NCBI RefSeq assembly: GCF_048593235.1
Contig: NC_133618.1
Coordinates: forward strand, 204,962,221-205,026,220
Direction: 5' to 3'
DNA length: 64,000 bases
Source: Sminthopsis crassicaudata
Lineage: Eukaryota
Shown here: positions 1-12,050 of the stretch, piece by piece
How positions within the stretch are numbered: position 1 is the stretch's first letter
How the letters are laid out: each line of letters opens with the position of its first letter
Notes under the pieces: model-generated
What the model saw: the letters and a program-made list of their open reading frames with translations, nothing else
Database searches by the model: none
What the model was told of the DNA's origin: nothing
Position numbers and translations under genes: made by a program

Positions 1-657
1 TGATTTTTCTAAGGTTACCAGTCAGGATTCAAACCCAGGTTTTCCAGCTCGAGTCAGTGTTCTTTCCACTTCAGCACACCCTGGTGGAAACAGCCATTCC
101 TGGAGAAAAGAATAGCATGAGGAATCAAATGAAGCAAGACTGAGCTTGTTATGCTGCAAATGCACAAGAGGACTCTGGTCTGACTCTAGTGGAGGGAAGG
201 GTTAAAATGAAGGGGAAAGAAATGCTAGGTACTTCTCTAGCCTAATGTAATGCTAATCCCACAAACTCAAGCAAATCCCAGGCCTAGGGCTGACAAAATT
301 TGGATGTAGTAGTTAGGCTGTACCTTCTTTAATCTCTTGGGCAGTCAGGATGATAGCTTTAACGTCATGCTCTCCTATCAGCCCTGTTCATGGACTAAAG
401 ATGGTATAGTCCCTCCAGGGAGCAATTTAGCCATACAATAGACAGAGGTGAATATGCTGGAGATAGACAACAGCAGAGAGGAAGCAGGGAAATATGGAAA
501 AATGCCTGTCTGAGGGAAAGCTTTAAAAGGGCATATTTAATAAGGTAGGGCAGCCAGTGCATGAGTCTGTCATAGGCAGAGGGGAACTAACTAAAAGTTC
601 AGCCACCCAGTCACTATCATTTTTCTCTGATAATTTAGATTAAAATATCTATGCTGG

Positions 658-1035
658 NNNNNNNNNNNNNNNNNNNNNNNNNNNNNNNNNNNNNNNNNNN
701 NNNNNNNNNNNNNNNNNNNNNNNNNNNNNNNNNNNNNNNNNNNNNNNNNNNNNNNNNNNNNNNNNNNNNNNNNNNNNNNNNNNNNNNNNNNNNNNNNNNN
801 NNNNNNNNNNNNNNNNNNNNNNNNNNNNNNNNNNNNNNNNNNNNNNNNNNNNNNNNNNNNNNNNNNNNNNNNNNNNNNNNNNNNNNNNNNNNNNNNNNNN
901 NNNNNNNNNNNNNNNNNNNNNNNNNNNNNNNNNNNNNNNNNNNNNNNNNNNNNNNNNNNNNNNNNNNNNNNNNNNNNNNNNNNNNNNNNNNNNNNNNNNN
1001 NNNNNNNNNNNNNNNNNNNNNNNNNNNNNNNNNNN
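658..1035. other. assembly gap (N-run)
   Basis: Run of N. Confidence 0.99.
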
Positions 1036-1081
1036 AGAAGAGAGAGGAGGGGAGAAGAGAGAGGAGGGGAGAAGAGAGAGG
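1036..1081. repeat. 17-bp polypurine minisatellite (AGAAGAGAGAGGAGGGG), 2.7 copies visible between two gaps
   Basis: Two exact units plus 12 nt of a third. Purines only. Confidence 0.9.
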
Positions 1082-1417
1082 NNNNNNNNNNNNNNNNNNN
1101 NNNNNNNNNNNNNNNNNNNNNNNNNNNNNNNNNNNNNNNNNNNNNNNNNNNNNNNNNNNNNNNNNNNNNNNNNNNNNNNNNNNNNNNNNNNNNNNNNNNN
1201 NNNNNNNNNNNNNNNNNNNNNNNNNNNNNNNNNNNNNNNNNNNNNNNNNNNNNNNNNNNNNNNNNNNNNNNNNNNNNNNNNNNNNNNNNNNNNNNNNNNN
1301 NNNNNNNNNNNNNNNNNNNNNNNNNNNNNNNNNNNNNNNNNNNNNNNNNNNNNNNNNNNNNNNNNNNNNNNNNNNNNNNNNNNNNNNNNNNNNNNNNNNN
1401 NNNNNNNNNNNNNNNNN
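1082..1417. other. assembly gap (N-run)
   Basis: Run of N. Confidence 0.99.
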
Positions 1418-1865
1418 CAAGTATACAATCTATGTTGCCTTAAAAGGCAGAGAGTGGGAAAGGGGAAAAGAATAATATTTCTTCTCTCCATAACTCAAAA
1501 ACAAGCAAGCAAAATAAAACATGGTTTGACAAAAGACACGTGTTCTGAGCCTTCTGGAACACTTTTGTAATGCTGGGGGAAAGGAGGGTTCTTTCTTTTT
1601 TGTTTTTAAATATTGCTTGTCCTAGTTTGAGTTCTAATAAAAGCAAAGGATTTCTGGGTTCAGTGCAAGGCGTTTCTCTCTTTGTTATTACTTCACAAGA
1701 CCTATTACAGCAGTGTCTGTCTCCTCCATTCCTCCCCCATCTTTAGCCACACGAGATTCTTTGACCTCAAACTTAAAACGCCAAACAAGAACTGGACTTT
1801 CAAAAGCCAATATTATTAGAACATGAATCTTCATTTCTTTCTGGGGTCAAGATGAGTCCACAACT

Positions 1866-2020
1866 TAATGGGGAGTAAGCACTGGATTTAAGGTCAAAAA
1901 GAACTGGGATTGACTCCTGGGCTCTGATACTTCCTACCTATGAGATCTTGGGAAAGTCCCTTCCCCTCTTAATTTCCTCATCTATAAAACTGGAGAGGGG
2001 ATGGCTCTAAATCATAAAAT
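1866..2020 (+). mobile_element. MIR-family CORE-SINE fragment
   Basis: tRNA-like head remnant followed by a core-like segment ending tttcctcatctataaaa. Confidence 0.75.
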
Positions 2021-2039
2021 CTTAAACAATGTTTGGTCT

Positions 2040-2195
2040 AAGGATCTCTTTACAACACTCTCAAAAATTATTGAGGACTTCTCCCCAAAGAACCTTTGTT
2101 TATATATGTTAAATATAACATTTTATCATATAAAAATGAAAACTTCTTAGTATTATTATGAAAATAGTTTGTATCTTGTAGACCTCCTAAAAAAG
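2040..2195 (+). mobile_element. hAT-Charlie-type non-autonomous DNA transposon fragment
   Basis: aaaaattattgaggac...tttgtttat segment homologous to the more complete copy at 31216-31413. Confidence 0.6.
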
Positions 2196-2204
2196 GTCTT
2201 TTGG

Positions 2205-2380
2205 TGTGGAGGAAAGAGCACTTATTCTAGAATCAAAGATCTTGGTTTCAAATCCCATTTCTGATGCCTGCTATCCATATGACTTTGGACAAGTCAAGTA
2301 GCCTCTGTGGACCTCAGTGCCATCATCTGTAAAATCAGAAGTTCTAGATATATTCCCAAGTTCCTCCCAAGTCTAATAAT
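2205..2380 (+). mobile_element. MIR-family CORE-SINE
   Basis: ggtttcaaatccc B-box region, then gactttggacaagtca and cctcagtgccatcatctgtaaaat core. Confidence 0.8.
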
Positions 2381-2924
2381 TTGTAGTTCTTTGACTAGAT
2401 AAAATCTATTCCAGTTCTAGATTCTCATTAAGATTCAGAGAAAGAGATTTGTCAGACTCAGCTAGGAAGGTTTCCATTTCAGACTCCCATGATTTTAAAG
2501 GGACTAGTCTAACCTCTTTAGAGTCTACTCCCAACATAGCTGTGTATGCCATTATTGTTGCTGATGACAAAAAAATTATCCAATTCCTAAGTCAAGAATT
2601 TTTTCCTTTTGTGAAACATCTGTATTATTCATTGATAACTTAAAGTTCCTTTCTCTCCCCACACCTCTACCCTCTACCCTCTAAGAAAATGATGCAAAAA
2701 TGCTGGAAGAGGGCAGAGTAGGGGGAGAATAACATATAGCTCTATTTGAACCTGAATTCATCCCTTTAAAATTGAATGGATTGGGAAAAGGAAGAAGATG
2801 AATTGAGTCTTCATTCTTTTCACAAAGGTGTTGAATAAATACTGAGGGCCTGTCAGAGCAGAGATTTTGAAGAGGCATCTTGGGACATGGGAAATAATTG
2901 TAGAAGTGGACTCAGAGAACTTGG

Positions 2925-3180
2925 TTGTGGTTGTTGTTCAATCATATATGACCGAACCCCATTTAGGGTTTCCTTGGCAAGATCCTTGAATGGTTTTCCT
3001 TTTTACAGTTGAGGAAATTTGTTTTATAGCTCATTTTACACATGAGGAAACTAAGCCAGCAAGGATTAAGTGACTTGTCCAAGGTCACACAGCTAGTAAG
3101 TGAATCCAGATTTGAATTCAGGAAGCAGAGTCTTCCTGACTCCAGACCAAGTACTCTATCTACTGCACTACCTAGCAGTA
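2925..3180 (-). mobile_element. MAR1-type CORE-SINE with RTE (BovB-like) tail
   Basis: Reverse tail gttgttgttc...ccccattt.gggtttccttggcaa followed by the reverse core (gtgacttgtccaaggtcacacagct) and head. Confidence 0.75.
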
Positions 3181-4189
3181 TTGCTATAAAACAATAACTT
3201 GTGTTATTCCTACTAATCCTATTTAAAAAGAAATTAGATTTATTTGGCATGACTAGTTCTCAGTGAACCTATGCTAATTCCTAGTGATCACTGTCTCACA
3301 AACTACCTATTTAAAAATAGTTTCTTTTAGAATTTTTACTATTTGTTACATGGGTAACTTAATCATGGCAGGCCACTTCCCTTCTCTAGGGAACCTTAGT
3401 TTCCTCACCTGTGAAAAAGAGCAGTTTAGAATAAACAGCAGAGTTCCAGGACTGAAATCCAAGGTCTTCAACTTCAGAATCAACACTCTTGAAAAGTAGG
3501 GGTGGAAAAGTATTCATACTTTTAAAATATGTTCAGAGATGATTTAGTAACATTTCACTTATCCAGAATTTATTTACCTGGAAATTTCTCTCAGAACATA
3601 TCAAAGAATTTAGAAAGGAAGGGAAAAAAGTCTTAAGAGGAAGAAAAATCATTGATGGAAAACTCCATGTACCTATATTCATGCAATTTACTTAAAGTAG
3701 AAACTTTCATTCAGATTCTATTTTACTCTTACCATAAATACAGCTTCAATAAGCTTGGTTATTTAGTTTCTCCACCCATAACAGATAAGAAGCAACGAAT
3801 TAAGAGGAAAGAGAGAAATTGCTAAAGGCAGGCACTAGCAATAGCCAAAGATGATATCTGACAACCTGACATGGAAGGAGGACATTGGAAAAACCATAAA
3901 AAGCAGATAGATTTTTTTTAACTACATGATAGCTTGGAGTCATTTTGTTCAAGGATTAAAAGTTTTATACACCTCAATAACCACCAAGAACATCAATTTA
4001 TTTTAGCACAATCTGATCATTGATGTTCATAGTGATGACTGTGAGTCATTAAGAAAAGGTCAATTTTACACTCAAAATAATATTTTACCCTTTAAGACAC
4101 AGAAAAGTATATTATAGAATAATTTCTATCATAAAGAGTTAAAATAAGGAGAGCTGACATTCAATGAAATAAAATCAGTAAAATATAAT

Positions 4190-5010
4190 TGATATACTGT
4201 TCATACCTTTTGATCCAACAATACAACTGCTGGATCTGTATCCCTAAGATATCATGAAAAAGGGAAAAGGATCTATATGTTCAAAAATATTTAAACAGCT
4301 CTTTATGTGGAAGAGGGGATGCCCATCAATTGGGGAATATCTGAGCAAATTGTGGTATATGAATGGAATAGAATACCATTGTGATATATGAAATGATGAG
4401 CTGGCAAGTTTCAGAAAAACCTGGGAAGACTTACATGAATTGATGCTGAGTGAAGTGAGCAGAATCAGAACATTTCACACAGTAACAGCAACATTGTATG
4501 ATGATCAGCTAAGACTGATTTAGCTCTTCTCAGCAATACAATGATACAATTCCAAAAGATTCATGGATATTACCCACATCCAGAGAAAGAACTATGGAGT
4601 TTAAATGCAGATCAAAGCATACTATTTTCATATGGGGAGGGGAGATTCATGGTTTTTTTCTTATTGTTCTACTTTTTTCTTTTGCAACATGACTAATGTG
4701 GAAATATGTTTATATGATTGCACATGTATGACCCATATCAGATTGTTCTTCTTGAGGACAGGGGATTAGAGGGACAAAAAAATTTGGGATTAAAATTTTA
4801 TTAAAAATGAATGTTAAGGGGCAACTAAATGGCACAGTGGATGGAACACTGGAGTTAGAAGGACCTGAGTTCAAATCAGGTTTCAGACACTTACTAGCTG
4901 TGTGATCTTGGGTAAGTCACTTAACCCCAATTGCCTCTTTAAAATGATTTTTTTAAAAAGGCTCAAAAGTGAACATTTAAAACTATTTTATATATAATTA
5001 GAAAAATGTA
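4190..5010 (+). mobile_element. L1 3' end (end of ORF2 plus 3' UTR), interrupted by a SINE
   Basis: ataccttttgatcca...gcccatcaattgggga...catgaattgatgctgagtgaagtgagcaga matches marsupial L1 and the copy at 13404-14371. Confidence 0.9.
4818..4944 (+). mobile_element. WSINE1-type CORE-SINE nested in the L1 3' UTR
   Basis: ggggcaactaaatggcacagtgg head, ggacctgagttcaaat B-box, gtcacttaaccccaattgcct end. Confidence 0.85.
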
Positions 5011-5739
5011 TATTGTGTATGCTTGTATATGTATGTGTTTCACACGTATATGTATCTATGTTTGCATGTGTGTGTGTGTGTGTGTATGTGATGAACTATT
5101 ATTGGTGAGCTTTGAATGATAGAAGTACCACAGAATTAAAGAGATTGACATATTTTGTCCAGTTTTCTTCATGGAAAGATACGGCCTGGAAACATTGTCT
5201 TTTTGATCTTTATTTGATTCTTAACAAAATATTAGAAGCAGTTATCAGATGGATGGTTTAGGGACATTTTTAAAGGAAAGCAATGATTACTAAAATCTGG
5301 CATGTTTCCCAAAGCTTTACAGCTGGAAAGGGCATCCAGGAACATCTAGTCATATCCCATCACTTTACAGTTGACGAAACTGAAACCATTCATTAAATAA
5401 AGATATATTACCTGCATACTGTATTGAGTACTGTGCAATGTGCTAAAGGACACAAGTTTGGAAAAAGCAATTGTCTTTGCACTCTTAGAGCTTAAGAATC
5501 TAATGGCCAGTATGAATCAATTAAGAATAAGTCAAACCTCATTAAACTTATGCCTTCTTTTTGCCAGAATTAATAGACTGATAGATCATGTGGAAGCAGA
5601 AAACATACCAGCATTATATAGACAAGATATAGGAATGTGAATTAAATGATAATATAGGAAGTTGGATTCATATCTCATTGAATACTCAGACTCAAAGTAT
5701 AGTGATTAAATCAGTACTATTCTGTTCAATGAATGTTTA

Positions 5740-6110
5740 TGAATGAATGAGCAAGTTTAAGTGCTTACTATATACAAAACACTGCACAAAGTTCTGAGGG
5801 TTCAAATAAAAAAGTAAGCCAGTCCTTGCTCTCAAGGAGCTCCCATTCTAATAAAAAAGACAATGTACATGAAAGTTTTCAGCTGCATGTTGAATGGAAA
5901 GATTTACTGATCTTTGATGTACAGCAGGAAAGCAGATGGCAATGCAACTTCTTTGATGTTATTTCCACTGATCATATCAATTTCCAATGTTGAACCATTT
6001 GACAATGCCAAAAACTTGGATGGTAAGATCTGCCAGGTTGCATCTTTGCAGGGGTTGCCTCCCTCAAAGATGCCTTCAAAGATTGGAATGAAAAACAGAC
6101 TGGAAGCTTG
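5740..6110 (-). mobile_element. Dispersed repeat with L2-type 3' tail (tentatively MdoRep1-like)
   Basis: L2 3' tail joined to a non-L2 body. The same junction and body recur at 42230-42520. Confidence 0.55.
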
Positions 6111-6699
6111 GTTTGGGGGGGGATGGGAAGAGAAAAGGTGCTGCTATTTCTGGGGCTCTTGGAATTGCTTCCCTTTTAGTCATAGTCAATCAGAGGTTAA
6201 TATTGGTGGTAGCAATGATGGAAGGTTCCCTATTCAAAGAAGTCACTTTTATCAGTGATGGCTGGAGGTAATGGACTGAAAAAAAGGTCAGTTGTCTGGT
6301 AGTCACTTCTATTCTAGGATTTTTGAGTTAAGAATCCTGATCTATCTTTATCAAGGTATGAGGGGAAGTAGTTGTTGAGGTGATAGTGACTCATCTAGAA
6401 TATGCTATCACATTTTTCTCCCTCAGAGAGATAATAAAGAGTGTAAGACACTAAAGAGAAAAGACAATAGTGAAATCGTTCCTGCTCCCAAAGGAAATCA
6501 CATTTTCTTGGATTGGTCAATATCAACTGGGAGGAAAATTTCTAACAGAATGTGCCTGGGATCTTTTAGTTAATCTCTGTATCAATTATATGGATGATAA
6601 AGTCTGTGAATGATACAAAGCTGGGAGGGATAGTTAATATATTTATGACAAGAAATAGTCAAAGGGATTTTTGACAGAATAGAATACAGACTAATAGGG

Positions 6700-6860
6700 T
6701 GATTTTTCCCCCAATGTTTTAAAATAACAATTTTTTTATTTTCAAAATATATGCAAAGATAGTTTTCAACATTCTCCCTTGCAAAACCCTGTGTTCCAAA
6801 GTTTTCTCCCTTCCTTTCCCCCAACCCCTCCTCTAGCCAGCATGTTAAACATGCAGTTCA
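6700..6860 (-). mobile_element. L1 3' UTR terminal fragment
   Basis: ttttcaacatt...ttgcaaaaccctgtgttccaa...ttttctccct is the reverse complement of the L1 3' end seen at 14280-14350. Confidence 0.8.
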
Positions 6861-7319
6861 ACAACTATTTAATTCTTTAAGGATTTATAGCATTATTGCT
6901 GTGGACCCTCACTCCACTAATGCACTTACCAACCTTTTATTCTTTCTGGTTTGTCTCCCCCAGCTGTTGTGGTAAAAAACATTCATCATCCTTTGGACAA
7001 AATGGTGAAACTTATCAAGGCTGATTGACTGATGACAGATAATGCTATCATGTGCTATGCAAAGCCTTTCCAAATTATAGGACCATAGATTTATATCTAG
7101 AAGGTACCTTAGACACATTAAGAACAACCCTCTCAATTTACAGATGAGGAACATGAAGTAGAGGGATTGAGTGACTTACTCAGAATCACACAGAAAGTAC
7201 AAGTCTGAGGTGGCATTTGACCCAGGTGTTTTGATTGATAAAAAAAAAAAACAAAAAACTTAATCAAGTCAGAACAAAAACCATCAGAGGGGGACTTCAT
7301 TGTAAGAAAATAAAGTGCT

Positions 7320-7945
7320 ATCAGGACAAATATAAAGTGTTTCATTTGGTTTCAAAAAAAATCACCTGCCTAAGTATAGTGTAAGAAGGGGTTGAAGGGA
7401 AAATCTCAAAATTGGAATTAATTGCTATTCCAATATGAATCAAGTTAATATATTAGAACTTATTAGAAAAAGCATCATGACCAAAATTAATATGACAGTA
7501 GTCCTTTTGTATTCTGTCCCAGACATCTAGTACTATGTTTAGTTCTAAGTGCTACATTTGAGCCTTCCCATAAGAAAGCAACCAAAATAATGAGAAAGCT
7601 AGAAACATGATACAGTAGAAACTGTTACGTGAAGAGATTGAAGAATCTGGGAATGTATAGCCTGGTGAAGAGAAAAATTGCATGCACCATAAAAGTTTTC
7701 TCCAACTATTTGAAAAGATGACTAAGAAAGGGAGATTAAACTTGTACTGCATAGTCCCAGAAGGCAGAACCAGGAGCAGAAGTTGGATATGGGTAAAAGC
7801 AACAAAGAGGCAGATTTTGCTTCAACATAAGGAAAAAAAAAAAAAAAAAAAAAACTTCCTCCCAATTACAGCTGTCCAAAAGTAGAATATACTGACCTAG
7901 GAGATAATTAAGTTCCTCATAGCTAGAGGTTAAAGCATTATATGA
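7320..7945 (+). mobile_element. CR1/L3 LINE 3' fragment
   Basis: ctggtgaagagaa, ccagaaggcagaaccagga, gaggcagatttt...cttcaacataaggaaaaa...cttcct are typical of the L3 3' end. Confidence 0.75.
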
Positions 7946-8199
7946 ATATGTTATTTTATTATTTAAGGAAATCAGCTGAATGGGTCTCAAGGAGGGGGTA
8001 GAAGGAATTTCTGTTTAGGTAAGTATTGGCTTCTGAGATTCTGTAAATTTTCAGTTAACTAGAAAATTCACTCACATGAAATAGTTCACTTTCAGTGTTA
8101 TTGGATAAATTAGATGTTCCTTCATAATCTGTCAAAGTTTGCCATTCTATAATTAAATTGTATGTATCGATAAAGTATGTAACATAACTTATATAGCAC

Positions 8200-8525
8200 C
8201 AAGAATCCTAATAAATGCTCAAAAGACATAAACAACTGTTTACAAAAAAACCTGCAAATTATAAATGGCTATTTGAAAAAATGCCTTAAATCTCTAAGAA
8301 TAAGAGATGTAAAATAAGATAATTGCGAGATCTCACCTTTTAACCAGAAAATTGGCAAAGACAACAAAATATAAAAATCAAAGTTAGATGAAGTTATGGG
8401 AAGACAGTTGATCAAACCAATATGGTGTTGATACAAGCTTTGAATTTATCTAATCATTATGGGAAGCAATTTACAATTATGTAAGAAAGTGATTAAACTA
8501 TTGATGTCCTTTAGCCCAAAAATCA
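8200..8525 (+). mobile_element. Old L1 ORF2 C-terminal fragment
   Basis: Degenerate coding for the K-D-M-N-R-Q...K-K-C-S-K-S-L-I-I-R-E-M region of L1 ORF2. Confidence 0.65.
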
Positions 8526-8529
8526 CATT

Positions 8530-8757
8530 TTATTGTTCAATTGTGTGTGATTCTTTATGATCCCATTTGGGGTTTTCTTGATAAAAATATTAGTGTATTT
8601 TGCCATTTCCTTCTTCTACATATGAAGAGGCTAAGGCAATAAGGGTTAAATGACCTGCTCAGGGTCACACAGCTAGAAAGTGTCTAAGGCCATATTTGAA
8701 TTCAAGTCTTTCTGACTTTAGGCCTGGTATTCTATCCACTGTGCCACCTAGCTGTCT
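8530..8757 (-). mobile_element. MAR1-type SINE
   Basis: Reverse RTE tail (tgatcccatttggggttttcttg...ttgccatttccttc), core and head (ccactgtgccacctagctg). Confidence 0.85.
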
Positions 8758-8871
8758 AAATAATCACAAATATACTTCCTAACAGAATGTAAGTTTCATG
8801 ACAGTAAAGGTGATCTTGTTTTTGTCTTTGTACCTAACATAACAAGTAGTCCATAATGAGAACTTAATAAT

Positions 8872-9200
8872 TTTAAAAATATTTTTATTGATATTTTCTG
8901 TTTCTTATACCACCAAATTATTCTAGGTATCAATTCTCCAACCCCTCCCCAAGAGCCATCCCTAATGACAAATAGTGTTTAAGGTTTGTTTTGTTTTCTT
9001 TTTTTAGAGAAGGAAAAAAATCAGCATAACTGATCAATACATGAGGAAAGTCTATACAATGTGTAACATCTTTGGATTTCCTGCCTTCATCAAAAGATAG
9101 GTTAGGTGTCTTCTCACAAATTCTCATTCAAATCTCAATAAACAATATTTGCTTGCTGATTGAATATGGTCAAAGATGGAAACAAGAATTCAGTAATACA
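8872..9200 (-). mobile_element. L1-like 3' terminal fragment
   Basis: ttttattgatattttctgtttc...ccctcccccaagagccatccct...aaaaaaatcagcataactgatcaatac pattern, repeated in part at 28730-28900. Confidence 0.55.
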
Positions 9201-11804
9201 CCTAGATATTTATATAAATATAGATATTTAAGTGATTGCCAAAATTTACATAGGCAAAAAGTATCAGAGGTGAGATCTGAACCCTGGGCCTCTGACTTAA
9301 CACTAGTGGTTTGTCCACAGTACTGTCTTGCTTCCCTCTGAAGACTTGCATAAAATGATGCAGAGAAAACTAAGCAGAACCAACAGAATAATATATACAA
9401 TGACTGTATTCATATAAAGGGGAAATTCACTAAAAAGACAGAAAAATCTGAATAATTGGGGGTGGGGTGGGGAATAAGCAAAAATGGTCCCAGAAAACAG
9501 ATAATGAAATATATCTATCTCCTTTCTCACAAAAGAGAAGCAATGGATTTTGAGCAGTATAATATAGTACTTAGCACAGTTCCTGGGGCATAATAGGTAC
9601 TTAATCAGTCTTGATTGATTGATTGATACTAGATATGGTCATTGTGTTATTTGTTTTTCCTTGGCATTTTTTTTCCTTTTGTTACAAGGGAGAGATCAAT
9701 CTGTCAGGAAGAAAGTGTTTTGTTTTGTTTCTCCAGATATGACTTTGCTATAAACTCAAAACATTTTTAAGTTAAATATTCCTATAAAATATCAAGACTC
9801 AATTTAATAGGTTAATCAGTCTCCTTGCTTTATTGCCATCCTGTGATCCAAATCTCACTATTGTGGTGCAAGTGGAAAGAGATAAGCTTTCTCTACCCGG
9901 TCTTCGGTTAGAAAGTAAGAGTGGATTAATAGGAAGGGTTCACTTTGAAGTGATTGTCCAGTTTTGGTGTTTTTCTCATCAATGAATGGTCAAGAAATTA
10001 GGGTGATGCTGAATGTCATGAAATTTATTCCCAGATTGATAGATAAACTTGATTAAGGATAACTGGACTAGTGTTATTAGCCAGAGACAAAGAGAGAGAG
10101 GGAGAGATAAAGGAAAAAAAAAAAAAAAAAGACAAAAAAAACAGAGAGTCTGATAGAGACAAAGACACAGGGTAACAGAAAAACAAAGAGAAAAAGCAAA
10201 TCAGAGACAGAGACTAAGGACCAGAGAAAATAATGCAGCATCCAGAATGCACTAAGCCTGAAGTGTATGTCTTATGCTCAACTAATCCTTCTTGTTTGGA
10301 CCATTCTAATCATTCTTAGCAAGCTCACATTTTGAAAGCTATCTCTTAACTTCCCCATTCCACATTAAGAGGTCACAGCCAGCTATTGAGCAACTACTCC
10401 TGTATCACTGGGAAAAACCAAAGGGTCAAGACAGAAGTGGGTCATTTACAATTAATTTCCCCCTTTTCCTATAGGAAGAGTTTTCCACTGTGTCTAGGAA
10501 AATGTTATCACCCTAACTAGACCTCCTGAATTACATCTGTCCAGTCTGCTAGAGGGGTAGCTAGGAAGTGGTAAGTTCATTAACACTGAGTCATTGACTA
10601 AATGGATGACCCATATTTGGTCTTATCTGGTTTCCCTAGAGCTATTAACCCAACAGCAGGGCTCCCAACACCCTCTGCAGCAGAGCTCCCATCCCATAAT
10701 TCTCTCCTATTTTCCAGCCATCAACATGTCTAGATTTGTCGCTTGCCAATCCATTACAGTGCTCAGTAGATGCTAAATAATCATCATAATTGGTAGATTT
10801 CTGACAGCTCATGTCACCAGCTGACACTGTGAACATGGGGCTGATGTATTTTAGACGCCTGATCTGTCTATTGTGCTTTTCCAAAGTCAACAACCTTCTC
10901 ATTCTCCATATAGGGCAGAATTTCAGAGTGCATTAGGACATCTCAGTTAATTTACCCATAAGCTCAAAGATAAGCAGCCAGTTCAACCTAACCCTAAAAT
11001 GAAGTAGGCTACATAAATATCAAATGCCCTAAGGCTGACACATCGCAAAGTAGAATTTCTCATGTCTTATGAATCTGATGTCAACATAGTGAATCTTTAA
11101 GAAAAATGCAATTCATTTCCACCCTGCAGTGCCACTAGGAGATGCTTCTTCCCTCAGATGGAAATGAAAGTTCTCCATATGAAAGGAATCAAGAAAAGGA
11201 TGGAGTATAGTTTAGGTGCATGCCAGTAACTATAAATACAGCTAGCACAATGTAGGACATGTGATTTATTCCACTTAATCTATTCTGTTTCCTTTCTACT
11301 AAACCTTCTTTCCTCCTCAGCATTATCAGCCTCAGATATCTGCCAACCTAGTGTTTTTGAAAGCTTTAAAACCCCATGCACTTTATTTTCCCCGTTATTT
11401 TTCCCTTATTTTAATGAAAAGCAGTTGTCAATGCCTGACAGGTTATTGAGGCAACACCCTGCGTCTAAGGAAATGAGAATTCGATCCAACTCTAAGAAAT
11501 GTTAAGAATAGGAAGGAGGAGGATGAGTATTGTTTATATTCATATGAAACAATATAAGGTCTGGACTCAAACTGCAACAGGAGGGATTTGGGGTAGATAT
11601 AAAGAGAAAGAGAAGTGATGTGTTATAATAGAAAGTGTACAAGCCTTGTTTTCAACCATCACTATCTAATAGCTGCCCCTCCAAAATACAAAGACAAGGT
11701 CCCTGGGATCCCCACAAACCCTGACAGAAGGGGCTCCAACAATATGTAAAAAAAAAAAAAAAGAGTCCTAATGATAGAAGCTAGACCTGAAAGGATCTTA
11801 AAGA

Positions 11805-12050
11805 CCATCCAGCAGGGAGTGACTAATCTCTTTTGTGTCCTAGACCCCACTTCAGTGATCTAGTGAAGTCTATAGCCCCCTTTTCAGAACCATGCTTTTA
11901 ATGCATAAAACAAAATACATAGAATTACAGAGGAAATCAATGATGTTAAAGTAAAGATATAGATTGATATATAGATATAGATATATTTTATTCATCCAAG
12001 TTCATGGATCTATTGAAATCTATACAAGGACCTTTTGTTTAAGAAGCACT
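11805..12050 (-). mobile_element. hAT-type MITE (same family as 19249-19454)
   Basis: Reverse complement of the family body (ccatg...gtccata...ctgccaaagggg..ca) ending gtttaagaagcact. Confidence 0.65.

Noticed and set aside
635-1491. Long ORFs of 261-280 aa
   Set aside because: Almost entirely translated Ns, so an artefact of the assembly gaps.
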